64,000 nt of DNA from NCBI GenBank assembly GCA_963779415.1, contig CAVZYA010000002.1, positions 1,056,001-1,120,000 of the forward strand. Reading direction: 5' to 3'. This DNA comes from an uncultured Acidobacteriota bacterium. Its GTDB lineage: Bacteria; Acidobacteriota; Thermoanaerobaculia; UBA5066. This document shows positions 40,835 through 53,206 of the stretch, in pieces. Under the pieces are notes generated by a model that saw nothing but the letters and a program-made list of their open reading frames with translations, had not been told where the DNA came from and did no database searches. A program made the translations under genes and the position numbers. Every line of letters begins with the position of its first letter. Position 1 is the first letter of the stretch.

Positions 40835-42324
40835 GCGGGCCCCCTTCCCGTCACTCCGAAGACATGGTATCCCCATGCCGGAAGGTCGAGGTAGAGGCCA
40901 CGCGCCGTGAGGTCGTCGCCCGGGCGGTCGTAGACGGCGTCGCTCATCCGGTCGGCGAGACGCCAGGCGCGGCCGCCGAGGTCGCTCCACGGCATCGCGA
41001 CGTAGCACTGGCTCCGGTGCTCGGCGTAGTTCACGGCGACGAGACGGCGGCGGTCGCCGGGCCCGGTCCAGGAGAAGGCCGATGAAGTCGTCGCCGGTCG
41101 GGTTTCCGTCCCACGCGGAGCGGCACTCGAGGAGCTGCCACTCTCCGTCGCGGAAAGCCGGGTCTTTCAGACAGGCGAGAAGCCGGCCGTAGAAATCGCG
41201 TATCGCCTCGTCCACCGGCTCCGACAGGTCCCCGCCCGAGGTGGACGGGGATCCGGACCCGCTTTCCCTCGCGCTGCCCCTGGTGGATGAAGCGAAGGCC
41301 CGGTGAGAGGAAGGTGAGGACGGCGGCCGCCCGGTGCGACCTCCGGCGGGAACGTCGCGGCCGCCCGCGGCTCGTCGTGGTTCTCGAGGAAGCGGGCCAG
41401 ACGGTCCTGGTAGTCGAGGCCCGCGAAGAGGTGCTCGCGTACCGGGCGCGCGCGGCCCCGCGCTCGAGGCGGTCGTAGAGCCGCTTGTCGTACGTGTAGT
41501 CGAATCCCTGCTGCTGGAGCGTCCACTCGAGGTCCCAGTAGACCTCGGCCATGAAAAGGAAGCCCGGATGTTCCTGCCGAACGGAATCGATTGCCTTCGG
41601 CCAGAAGGGACGGCGCCGGATGCCCCAGGTCCGTTCGAAGACGTCGGGCAGGACCAGCATCGCCATGTCGCAGCGGACCCCGTCGCACTGTCGCGCGATC
41701 CGGGCCAGTTCGCCGATCATGGCCCGCTGCAGCTCCGGGTTGCCATAGTTCAACTGGAGCGTGTCGGGCCAGCCGTCGAAGTAGGGGTCGCGGCCGTACG
41801 CGAGGATGCGTGTTTCGCGGCCCGTTGACGCGGCAGTAGTTCTGGGGCGCGGCGGCGAGCTTCGCTTCCGTCCCCGTCGACGAAGAACTCCGGGCGGTTC
41901 TCGACCCAGCGGTGGTCCGGCGCCATGTGGTTGGGGACGAAGTCGAGGATCAGGCGGAGGCCGCGGCGCCGGAGCCTTTCGCGAAGGCGGGCGAGAGCCT
42001 GCGTCGCCGCCGAAGTCCTCGTGGACCCGGTAGTCGCGGACCGCGAAGCAGGAGCCGCAGACGTCGGACTCGCGGAAGTCGGGGAGGACGCGGCGGTATT
42101 CGGCGAGCCACTCCGGGCTTCGACCGCGACACCCGCCGCGCCGCCTCGCCCGTCTGCCAGACGCCGAGGAACCAGACGAGGTCGAAGCCGTCCGCGGCCA
42201 GCCGGTCCAGCTTCTCGTCCGTGATGTCGTCCAGCGTCGCCGTGCGGCCCAGCTCGGCGGACAGCTCCGAGAGCCGGACGCGCGTGTTGACCTGGAAAAG
42301 CGACGGGATATCGGACGGGGGACA

Positions 42325-42328
<4 letters not shown>
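40831..42328 (-). CDS. GH13 alpha-amylase-family protein, multiply frameshifted
   Basis: [48 protein letters not shown], spread across frames. Confidence 0.85.
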
Positions 42329-45102
<2,774 letters not shown>

Positions 45103-45180
45103 TTCGGCAGTCCTCCTGGGCGGTCCGCATCATAGCGACCGAACTCTAGTCGGACCCCCGAAGGGTGTGACCTCGGAAAA

Positions 45181-46842
45181 CTACGGGGATTCCCGGAGGA
45201 TCGACTCCGCTGCGCGGATGCCGGAATCCTGGGCGTCCTCGAAGAGCGGAAGGCCGGTGTCCGCGTGGGCGAACCGGACGCCGCCGAGCGGCTCGTCCGG
45301 AAGCCGCCGCACCGGGCTGGCCAGGAAGCCGGGCGCGGGGCGGAGCATCGCGTGCCCCCAGCGAGCCACGTCGAGACGCGTCACGAGCCCCGGAAGGTCG
45401 GGATGTGCACGCGAGAGGTCCGCGAGGACGGCCGCGGCGATCTCCTCCCACGTCATGCCGAATAGCTTCTCGCGCGCCGCCTTCGGCGCTTCGCCCGCGA
45501 AGGAGTGATACCAGGTGAATACCGTCGGCCCGTGGTCGCTTCCGGTCTGGTGCCCTGTCTGATGAGTAGCCACGACGTAGCCGAGCGACTTCGAGTCGTA
45601 GAGGACGTTGTCCCAGGCCAGCTCCACCCGGCGCTCCTTCGGCCGGCCGGAGAGGGTCAGGTTCGCCACGATCCACGGGGCATAGCCCATGTCTCGGAGA
45701 AAGGCGGGGGGCGCCTCCCGCCACGGGGCGAGAACGCGCGCCGCGACGAACTTCGGGAGGGCGAGGACGGCGTCGCGCGCTTCGACATCGACGACTTCGT
45801 TCTTCGCGGCGTCGAGGTACCGGACGAGGACCGGAGCGCCCGGCGTCCTCCGGGGGACGACGTCGAAGACCAGAGCCGACGGGACCATCCGGCCGGCCGC
45901 CGACTTCGAAAGGTGATGGACGAGCCTTCCGTTCCCCTCGGGCCAGGTCAGGAACGGGGCGGGCTCCTCGTCGGGAGCGTTCCCCGCCATCCGGGCGGCG
46001 TAATAGAAGATTCCTGCCCACGCGGAGATCTCGTCGAGGCTTCCGGCGTAGTCGTCGCGGCAGCCGTAGTCGGCCAGCCAGAGGAGGCGCGGCGAGTCGA
46101 ATCCCTTCGACCGCATCCAGTCGCCCATCGTCAGCCGGTCGAGGGAGGTGAACTCCGCGTCCTCGGAGGAGCCGCGGGTCGGGACGGCGAAGGCCCGCCG
46201 GCCTTTCGCATCCCTCATCGCCGCGAAGGCGGCCATCTCGGCCTCGAAGCGGTTCAGCTGCATGAGGTCCGCCGGCGAGGCGCCGGCGTGCGGGTAGAGC
46301 CCGGTGTGCCACTCGAAGCCGAAGAAGAGCCGCTCCTCCGGCTCCCGGCAGAGCATCTCCTCGGCGAAGAGAGGCCGGCCGTTCCCGTCGTGCCCCGTGA
46401 TCGCGCCGATCTCGGCAAGGAGCGTCTCTATTGCCGGATTCGGATAGGCGGGGACGGGGACGTAGTGCGCGCCCCACGGGAAGCGAGAGACGTCGTTTCC
46501 GCCTGAGATCGCCGTCCCGCCCGGCTCGGCCTCCAGGTCGTAGAGGCGGAAGTCCGTCTTGCCCGCTCGCGCCAGAGTCCACGCGGCGGAAAGCCCGGAG
46601 ACTCCTCCCCCGAGAATCGCCGTGCCGACGCGCTCCGTCCGGACGGCCGGGCGCGCGAGGAGGTCGGCGCTCCAGAGCCGGTGGCCGAGCGCCTCGTCCG
46701 GGACGACGAAACCCCCGTCGAACCGGAGCGCCCGCTCGTCCCTTCGCCCGCAGGAAGCGAGGGCGGAAGCGAGCGCCGCCGCGGCTCCCGTTCCCATCAG
46801 TGCGACGATCGCGTCGCGCCGCGTCAGTCGAACTTCTTCCAC
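45181..46842 (-). CDS. FAD-dependent amine-oxidase-like oxidoreductase with Tat/lipobox-like N-terminus
   Basis: TRRDAI..LASC, GGGVSGLSAA, PWGAHYVP, RDDYA, RWGHAM. Confidence 0.8.
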   Translation of the reverse strand: MEEVRLTRRDAIVALMGTGAAAALASALASCGRRDERALRFDGGFVVPDEALGHRLWSADLLARPAVRTERVGTAILGGGVSGLSAAWTLARAGKTDFRLYDLEAEPGGTAISGGNDVSRFPWGAHYVPVPAYPNPAIETLLAEIGAITGHDGNGRPLFAEEMLCREPEERLFFGFEWHTGLYPHAGASPADLMQLNRFEAEMAAFAAMRDAKGRRAFAVPTRGSSEDAEFTSLDRLTMGDWMRSKGFDSPRLLWLADYGCRDDYAGSLDEISAWAGIFYYAARMAGNAPDEEPAPFLTWPEGNGRLVHHLSKSAAGRMVPSALVFDVVPRRTPGAPVLVRYLDAAKNEVVDVEARDAVLALPKFVAARVLAPWREAPPAFLRDMGYAPWIVANLTLSGRPKERRVELAWDNVLYDSKSLGYVVATHQTGHQTGSDHGPTVFTWYHSFAGEAPKAAREKLFGMTWEEIAAAVLADLSRAHPDLPGLVTRLDVARWGHAMLRPAPGFLASPVRRLPDEPLGGVRFAHADTGLPLFEDAQDSGIRAAESILRESP

Positions 46843-48344
46843 TCGCTCTCGTACATCCGGACGAGGACCTGGTCGTTCAGCCGGTTCACCGGCGCCTCGA
46901 CGCGTGAGATGTCGGGCCCGAAGACGAAGAGCGAAGCGAGAGTCTCGGACGAGAGGGCACGGAGGCCCGGCAGGACCCGCGTCGGCGCCTCGAACGGACG
47001 CGGCGCCGCGAGGACGTAGCCCCAGACGCCGAACGACGGCACCGTCATCTGGTAGGGGTGGACGAAGAAGCCGGCCGCCTCGATCGTCCGCGCGACGCTC
47101 CAGAACGAGGTCCGTGCAAAGAGGGGAGACGTCGACTGGACCGCCATGGCGCCCTGCGGGTCGAGGCGACGCTTCGCGAGCGAGTAGAAGCGCGTCGTGT
47201 AGAGCTTTCCGACCGAATAGCTGTTCGGGTCGGGGAAGTCGACGAGGATCAGGTCGAAGAGGTCCTTTCCCTCCTCGAGCCAGACCATCGCGTCCTCGTT
47301 GATCACCCGGACGCGCGGGTCGGCGAGGGAATCCCGGTTCAGGGCGGTGAAGAGGGGATGCGTCCGCGCGAGCGTCGTCATCGCGGGGTCGAGGTCGACC
47401 AGGGTGACCCGCTCGACTTCAGGGTGCTTGAGCACCTCGCGGACGGCGAGTCCGTCGCCGCCGCCGAGGACGAGGACTCTCCTCGCGTCGGGGACGACGC
47501 CGAACGCCGGGTGGACGAGCGCCTCGTGGTACCGGTACTCGTCGACGGAGGAGAACTGGAGGTGTCCGTTCAGGAAGAGCTGGAAGCCGGCCCGGTTCCG
47601 CGTCACGACGATCCTCTGGTACGGCGTCGACTTTGCGACGATCACCTCGTCGGCGTACTGCGTCTCCTCGGCCATGGTCGTCAGCCGGTCGGCTGAGGCG
47701 AACGCGCCGAGGAGGAGAAGGACGACGAGCCCGGCGCGCGCGAGGAGCCCTCCGGAGGGGCCGATCTGGCGCTGGAAGAGCCGGATCGACCAGAAGGCGA
47801 CCGCCGCGTTCAGGAGGCCGAAGAGGACCGACGTCCGGACGAGCCCGAGGCGGGGGACAAGGACGAGCGGGAAGAGAACCGAGGCCGCGAGGGAGCCGAG
47901 ATAATCAAACGTCAGGACCTGCGAGACGAGGTCCTTGAAGACGACCGAGTCCTTGAGGAGCCGCATCAGGAGGGGGATCTCGACGCCGACGAGGATCCCG
48001 ACGAGGAGGACGATCCCGAAGAAGACAGGCGAAAACCACCGGGGAGACGAGAAGGCGAAGAAGAGCGCGGGCGCCGAGAGGCCGCCGATCAGCGCGACGG
48101 CGGTCTCGGCCTCGACGAAGCGGCGGGCCACGTTTCGGGCGACGAAGCGCGTCAGGAACGCGCCCACGCCCATCGCCGTGAGGTAGATCCCGATGACGAG
48201 GGAGAACTGCGTGACCGAGTCGCCGAGGAGATAGCTCGCGAGCGTCCCGGCGACGAGTTCGTAGACGAGCCCGCACGAGGCGATGACGAGGACCGTCAGG
48301 TAGACGGGCCCCGGCCGGACGCGGGCGGTCTCCGGAGAGGTCAA
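46824..48344 (-). CDS. speE: Membrane-fused polyamine aminopropyltransferase (spermidine synthase-like)
   Basis: About 7 TM helices, then STPYQRI, DEYRYHEALVHP, LGGGDGLA, VDFPDP; TTG start inferred. Confidence 0.88.
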   Translation of the reverse strand: MTSPETARVRPGPVYLTVLVIASCGLVYELVAGTLASYLLGDSVTQFSLVIGIYLTAMGVGAFLTRFVARNVARRFVEAETAVALIGGLSAPALFFAFSSPRWFSPVFFGIVLLVGILVGVEIPLLMRLLKDSVVFKDLVSQVLTFDYLGSLAASVLFPLVLVPRLGLVRTSVLFGLLNAAVAFWSIRLFQRQIGPSGGLLARAGLVVLLLLGAFASADRLTTMAEETQYADEVIVAKSTPYQRIVVTRNRAGFQLFLNGHLQFSSVDEYRYHEALVHPAFGVVPDARRVLVLGGGDGLAVREVLKHPEVERVTLVDLDPAMTTLARTHPLFTALNRDSLADPRVRVINEDAMVWLEEGKDLFDLILVDFPDPNSYSVGKLYTTRFYSLAKRRLDPQGAMAVQSTSPLFARTSFWSVARTIEAAGFFVHPYQMTVPSFGVWGYVLAAPRPFEAPTRVLPGLRALSSETLASLFVFGPDISRVEAPVNRLNDQVLVRMYESEWKKFD

Positions 48345-48354
48345 GAGGCCGGGC

Positions 48355-48580
48355 TCAGCCGCCCGTGACGCTCGCCGCGATGATGATCGACGATCGCGAT
48401 GATGATCGACCCGATCACGATCCCGAGGGCGATGTTCTGGTCCTCCTCCATCTCCTTCTTGATCGAGAAGGGGAGGACCTTCGGAAGGATGGCGAAAAAG
48501 ATCGAGAAGATGACGATCCCGATGACCGAAAAGATGATCGTCGAGACGACCTGATGCCCGTGGAGATTCCACCAGTCCAT
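48355..48580 (-). CDS. DUF350 small membrane protein (one indel near 48390)
   Basis: PFSIKKEMEEDQNIALGIVIG; removing one base gives ..IIIAASVTGG-stop. Confidence 0.8.
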
Positions 48581-48747
48581 TACTTACCTCCGCTCCAGAA
48601 GTGGTAGCTGCGCCAGCCGCCGGCGTTCCGCGCCGTAGCCGGCAGGGTGTTTTTCTGCGTCCCGACCGAAGCGTCCCAGCCGCTGAACGCCGCCCAGGCG
48701 TAAAGGACGAGGAGCCCGGTTCCGAGGGCCCGGAAGATTCGTCTCAT
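48580..48747 (-). CDS. Small 55-aa protein missed by the ORF track
   Basis: MRRIFRALGTGLLVLYAWAAFSGWDASVGTQKNTLPATARNAGGWRSYHFWSGGK*; its TAA overlaps the DUF350 ATG (TAATG). Confidence 0.7.
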   Translation of the reverse strand: MRRIFRALGTGLLVLYAWAAFSGWDASVGTQKNTLPATARNAGGWRSYHFWSGGK

Positions 48748-48750
48748 GAG

Positions 48751-50778
48751 TCATCTCCGCTCTCTTCTTCCGAGTCCTTTTCGGACCCCGTGGAAGAGAA
48801 GTCGCTCTCGGACCACCGCCGCCCTTCGAAGGCGGCGTGCGAGATCAGGAGGGAGAGTGGCCCGCAGAAGAGGAGGAAGAGGACGAGCGACGAGGTGGAA
48901 GAGCCGCGGGACTCCGCTCGTCAGCTTCACGCGGAACGACGGCGGGGGATTCGGCGAGTCGGTCTCCGGCTCGAGCCTGAGGACGTATCGCCCGGCCGGG
49001 AGGCGCGAGATCCACGTCGTGTGCGCCTGGCTCCCCTCGCTCCACTTTTCGCCGCCGTCCACGCCGGAGTAGCGGTCCGAGAGGAGGTAGAACGAATGGA
49101 CCTCGCCCGTCCCCTCGGCGATCAGGTCGGCCCCGGCACCCACCCAGTTGTTGTTCGTCGCCGCGAAGAAGTCGGCCTTCATGTTCGTCCGGCGCGTCGT
49201 CTCGAACGGCTCGCTGATGAGGACGCGTTCGGCGGCCCCCGTGGCCTGCGCGGTCCAGCTCCCGGACGGGGCCTCCGCCGTCCCCCGCTCGGCCCAGATC
49301 CGGTTCTTCGGGTCGACGAGATCGAAGGTCTTGTCGAGGACCACTTTCCGCGGCGCGAAGAGCGTCGCGACGACGAAGATGCCGATTGCGACCACGCCGA
49401 GGATTCCCGCCAGCCGCCACCAGAGATGCGAACGGCCGGCCTCGGGCCACGGCTGGCAGGCGCCGACTCCGGTCGGGGCGGGGAGCGGCTCCTTCAGCTT
49501 GAGTCCCGCCTCGATCTCCTCCTTCGGGACATAGACCCCTTCCGTCCAGTTGACCTCTTCGTCCGCCCCCTCCTTGGAGAGCATCCGTGGGGGAGCGACG
49601 AAGTCGACGGCGAGGGTCGTCTCCCCCTTCGAGACGGTCCAGTAGAACTCGCCGAGAACGGCCGCGACCGACGCGGGGTTTCGCGTGAAGATCCGGTAGC
49701 GGGCGCCGCGATATGTCGCGTAGCGCGGGCCTTCCACGACTTCCCCCGCGGCCACCGGGGCGAGGAGCGTGTGATGCCCGTTCGACTCGGCGAGCCAGTG
49801 ATACGCCTCGATCTTCGTCTCCTTCAGGAGGTACTCCGTCCAGAAATAGTCGGTCCCGCCCGAGTTCGTAGTCTTCAGGACGGCCCCGAGGAGGACGTAC
49901 GGGTGTCCGTTCAGGGTCCCTTCGCTCCCGAGCGGGAGGCGCGGCCGGAACGGAACCTCGGAGAGCTTTTCGAGGACCTCGAACTTCGTCGGAGGGCCGC
50001 CGGTCTCCTTCGGTGAGCCGAGGAGCGATCCGCACTAGGGGCAGGCGATCCGGACGGTCGCGGAGGGGTCCTTCAGCGAGAGCGCGCCGCCGCAGTTCGG
50101 GCAGTTGAGCGCCTGCGCGCTCGCCGCGACCTTCCGCTCCGTCCACGCCGCAAGCCCCTCGATGCCGAGGTCGGAAAGCTCGACCTTCCGTCCGACGAAG
50201 AAGCCGTCGAGGCCGGGGTCGTCTCCGTAGTCGAGGGTCCCGAGCGAGCCGTCGCCTCCGGAGATGTCCGCGTAGTGAAAGACGGCGCCCGGGGGCGCGA
50301 CGAAGGGAAGCTCCCCTTCCGCCGAGATGTAGGCCGCGCTCCGCCGCTCGGCGACGGTGAAGAGACCGTACGCCCCGAGGTTCAGACGCTCGCCCGGATG
50401 CAGCTCCTTCCATTCCGGGACGGGCGGCGGCGGGAGCGGCAGCATCATCCAGAAGGCCCCCTGCGCCTCGGCGAGCCACGCGTAGCCCCCCGATTCGAAG
50501 GCGACGTGCCATTCGTCCCACGTCCCCGACCCCGTCGAGAGCTGAATCCGTCCCACGATACGGAACGGCTTCGTCCCGTACTTCGGCCGCGCCGACATAC
50601 CGACCTTGAAGGGAGACGACGTCGGCACCAGCTCGGCGACCTTGCCGATCGCTTCGAGGTCCACTCCCTTCCGGGCCACGGCCGAACGGCACTGGGGGCA
50701 GACGGTGACGAGAGAGGAGCCCGCGGAGAAAAGGATCTCCTCACCGCAGTTGGGACACTGGGTCGCCCGGGCGCTCAA
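48751..50778 (-). CDS. DUF4178-domain protein with zinc ribbons; in-frame TAG at 50035-50037 and a likely 3' indel
   Basis: CPNCG..CPQCRS, WDEW..WLAEAQG, GELPF, second ribbon CPNCG..CP*CGS, FWTEYLL, VLGEFYW. Confidence 0.75.
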
Positions 50779-50839
50779 GGTGGGGGAATCTTACGGTACG
50801 TCCGTGCGGCGCTGTGGGAAGGCGGGAGACAATCGGCGT

Positions 50840-51436
50840 GTGAGAGACCGCGCGGCGTCCGTTCTGCCCTGGATTCTCGTGGCGCTCCTCTCCGCGGCAC
50901 TCGCCGCCGTCCTTGCGCGCCGGGGAGGGGGGACGGCGCGCGTCTCGGCGGCTCCTGTCGTCACGGTCGTGAACAACGTCCTGAAGCTCGCGACCGTCGA
51001 GATCGAGGTGTCGGACGTCCTTCGCGTCGAGGAGGTGAAGACGTTCGTCGTCGTGGACCTGCCGAAGAGCGCGATCCTCCGTCTGAAGGGGCGGGTCTCC
51101 GGGGGCTTCGACCTGTCGCGCGGCTCCTCGGTGAATGCGGACGAGTCGGCGCGCCGGCTCCGCGTGACGCTCCCGCACGCTTCCATCCTCTCCGTCGATC
51201 CCGTCGTCGAGTGGTTCGACGAGAAGAGCGGCTGGCTCAACCCGATCACGCCGGACGACCGGACACGCTGGCTCTCGTGGGCTCGCCTCTCGGTCGTCGC
51301 GGCCGCCCGCCGGGCGGGCATCGTCTCGAAGTCCGAGGAGCGCGCGATTTCCCTCGTCCGGGAAGCCGCCGCGGCTTACGGCTGGACCGCCGAGGTCACC
51401 TTCGTGGACGCCCCGGCACCCACGCCCATCCCGTGA
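50840..51436 (+). CDS. DUF4230-like membrane-anchored protein
   Basis: N-terminal TM helix, KLATVE, GRVSGGFDLS, VTLPHASILS. Confidence 0.7.
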   Translation: MRDRAASVLPWILVALLSAALAAVLARRGGGTARVSAAPVVTVVNNVLKLATVEIEVSDVLRVEEVKTFVVVDLPKSAILRLKGRVSGGFDLSRGSSVNADESARRLRVTLPHASILSVDPVVEWFDEKSGWLNPITPDDRTRWLSWARLSVVAAARRAGIVSKSEERAISLVREAAAAYGWTAEVTFVDAPAPTPIP

Positions 51437-51452
51437 CCGGCCGGCAGGGCCC

Positions 51453-51716
51453 TCAGCGGGATCGGTACACGTCTCCCCGGTGACCGACCGTGAGAACGAG
51501 GACGAGGAGGACGTCGTCGTGGATTTCGTAGACAACCCTAAAGTCGCCGACCCGGATCCGCCAGCGGTCACGTGAACCGGCCAGCTTTCTTACGCCGGGC
51601 GGCCGTGGTTCAACGGCAAGAGCTTCGATCTGAGGCTGGAGACGGGTTCGGACGGAGACGGGCAGCTTCAGGAAGGAGCGTTCGGCCGCAGGGCGAAACG
51701 CGATCCGGTAGTGCAC
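51453..51716 (-). CDS. RelE/ParE-family toxin
   Basis: 87 aa, PRPPGVRKL, WRIRVGDFRVVYEI, VGHRGDVY. Confidence 0.92.
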   Translation of the reverse strand: MHYRIAFRPAAERSFLKLPVSVRTRLQPQIEALAVEPRPPGVRKLAGSRDRWRIRVGDFRVVYEIHDDVLLVLVLTVGHRGDVYRSR

Positions 51717-51720
51717 GCCC

Positions 51721-51984
51721 CTACTTCAGCCCTGCTCTCTTCTTGACCGTCGTCCATGGGACGTTCTTTCCCTTCTCGCGAAGCGCCGCGTCGGCAGCCG
51801 CGTTGTCGAGCCGATCTTCTTCCTCCTCGGAAAGCTGCTCGAGGCGTTCGAAGTCGGCGACGGGAACGAGGGCGGCAATCGCCTTTCCCCGACGTTGCAG
51901 GATGATCCGCTCTCCGCGGTAGGCGACACGATTCACGGTGTCGGAGAAAGACTCCCGGGCTTTCGATGCGGTGAGCCGTGTCAT
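51721..51984 (-). CDS. Phd/YefM-family antitoxin
   Basis: TASKARESFSDTVNRV..GERIILQRRGKAIAALV, acidic C-terminus, upstream of the toxin. Confidence 0.9.
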   Translation of the reverse strand: MTRLTASKARESFSDTVNRVAYRGERIILQRRGKAIAALVPVADFERLEQLSEEEEDRLDNAAADAALREKGKNVPWTTVKKRAGLK

Positions 51985-52010
51985 TGGCGTTTCCGTCCCT
52001 CTCGGCTGAA

Positions 52011-52037
52011 TTGTACGTCCCGTACGTTTCGTACGTC
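52011..52037. promoter_or_regulatory. Probable TA autoregulatory operator: three GTACGT units at 9-bp period
   Basis: GTACGT at 52013, 52022 and 52031, just upstream of the antitoxin start. GTAC cores are typical of Phd/YefM operators. Confidence 0.55.
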
Positions 52038-52163
52038 TACTTCGAAAGGTGGAGGAGCTGCAGCTCCCGCTGCCTATTCGGGGCCATCTGAAGGAACCGT
52101 GTCCGGGTACTAGCCGGACTGATCCCGAGGACGAGGCCGCCTCCTCGGCGAGGGGTTTACGAC

Positions 52164-53129
52164 TCAGGAGTCGTCGAACTCGTCGCTAACCTCATGGAGT
52201 TCTTCCTCTCGTCCGTGAAATCGCCGTCGGACTTCGGAGTCGATATCGAGAGGGTCCCCCCACGCTTTATGGAGGGACTCGTTCGGTCCATCCCAAAACG
52301 CTTGGATTTCGTCGTCGTTCTCGAAGCAGCGCAGTAGGGCCTCGTTATCAAGAAATCGGTGCCACGCATGGCTAGCTATTAGTTCAGCCTGGAACGAGAG
52401 ACGAAAGGATTCGCGGACTGGATCGTCCGTGGTCGGTTCTTCCCTCTTTACGAGATCCACCGGATTCTTCAAATGTTCGACATGACCCCTGAGTCGATAA
52501 AGGGCCTTCAAGAGCGATCTATGCTCTTCACGTTTCCCTATCAGGTATTGACCTCTGTGAATGAAGTCTCTTTCTCCACGGCCCTGTCTCGTTGCGAGCA
52601 ATCCATCTAGGGACCGAATTGCGAGGTGCAGCCTCTGCGCCGCGTAGTCCGCCCTCATCAGAGCGTCCATGGCCAGGAGGCCCATCCGGACCCTGTAGAA
52701 ATCATCGTGTGGGCGCATGACGTCTCCGACGAGGTTCACGTGTCGCGCCGCGAATTCGAAGACTTCCTTTCGAAGGGTGGGGAAGTAGACACGCGGTGTA
52801 GCGACGTACCGAGGCCATTCCTGAAACTGCTCAAGCCTTCCGCTGTGGCCGAGGCAGTAATACCCTGCCTGAGCCTTCGGCACGGACCCGAAACACGCTA
52901 GCGAGATGAGGTGTTGAAGGCGTCGCATCAGCTTGAAAGGTTCCGACGCCGCGTACTCTCCCGGATACCACGTCCTGGCGAGAAGTACGACGAGCGTGCT
53001 CTCTGAGATGGACTTGGCCGTCAGGTCGCCGAGGTTTCGCTTCCAGAACTCGTCAACTTCTCCTGGAAGCTTTTCGAGCAGCCAGCAACCTTCGCCGATT
53101 CCGAGAGGCGCCGGACCAAGACTAGACAC
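52164..53129 (-). CDS. Hypothetical protein with HEPN-like Rx4H motif (ApeA-like), lower GC
   Basis: Helical C-terminal half: RLHLAIRSLDGLL..LKALYRLRGHVEH. Codon usage differs from the flanks; start uncertain. Confidence 0.55.
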   Translation of the reverse strand: MSSLGPAPLGIGEGCWLLEKLPGEVDEFWKRNLGDLTAKSISESTLVVLLARTWYPGEYAASEPFKLMRRLQHLISLACFGSVPKAQAGYYCLGHSGRLEQFQEWPRYVATPRVYFPTLRKEVFEFAARHVNLVGDVMRPHDDFYRVRMGLLAMDALMRADYAAQRLHLAIRSLDGLLATRQGRGERDFIHRGQYLIGKREEHRSLLKALYRLRGHVEHLKNPVDLVKREEPTTDDPVRESFRLSFQAELIASHAWHRFLDNEALLRCFENDDEIQAFWDGPNESLHKAWGDPLDIDSEVRRRFHGREEELHEVSDEFDDS

Positions 53130-53206
53130 GCGAGGCCCCTATAGGGCCGCGAGCGCAAAGCCGAAGTTATCGCCGAGTTCGGTAGGCCACCCGCTCAGTG
53201 GCCCTC

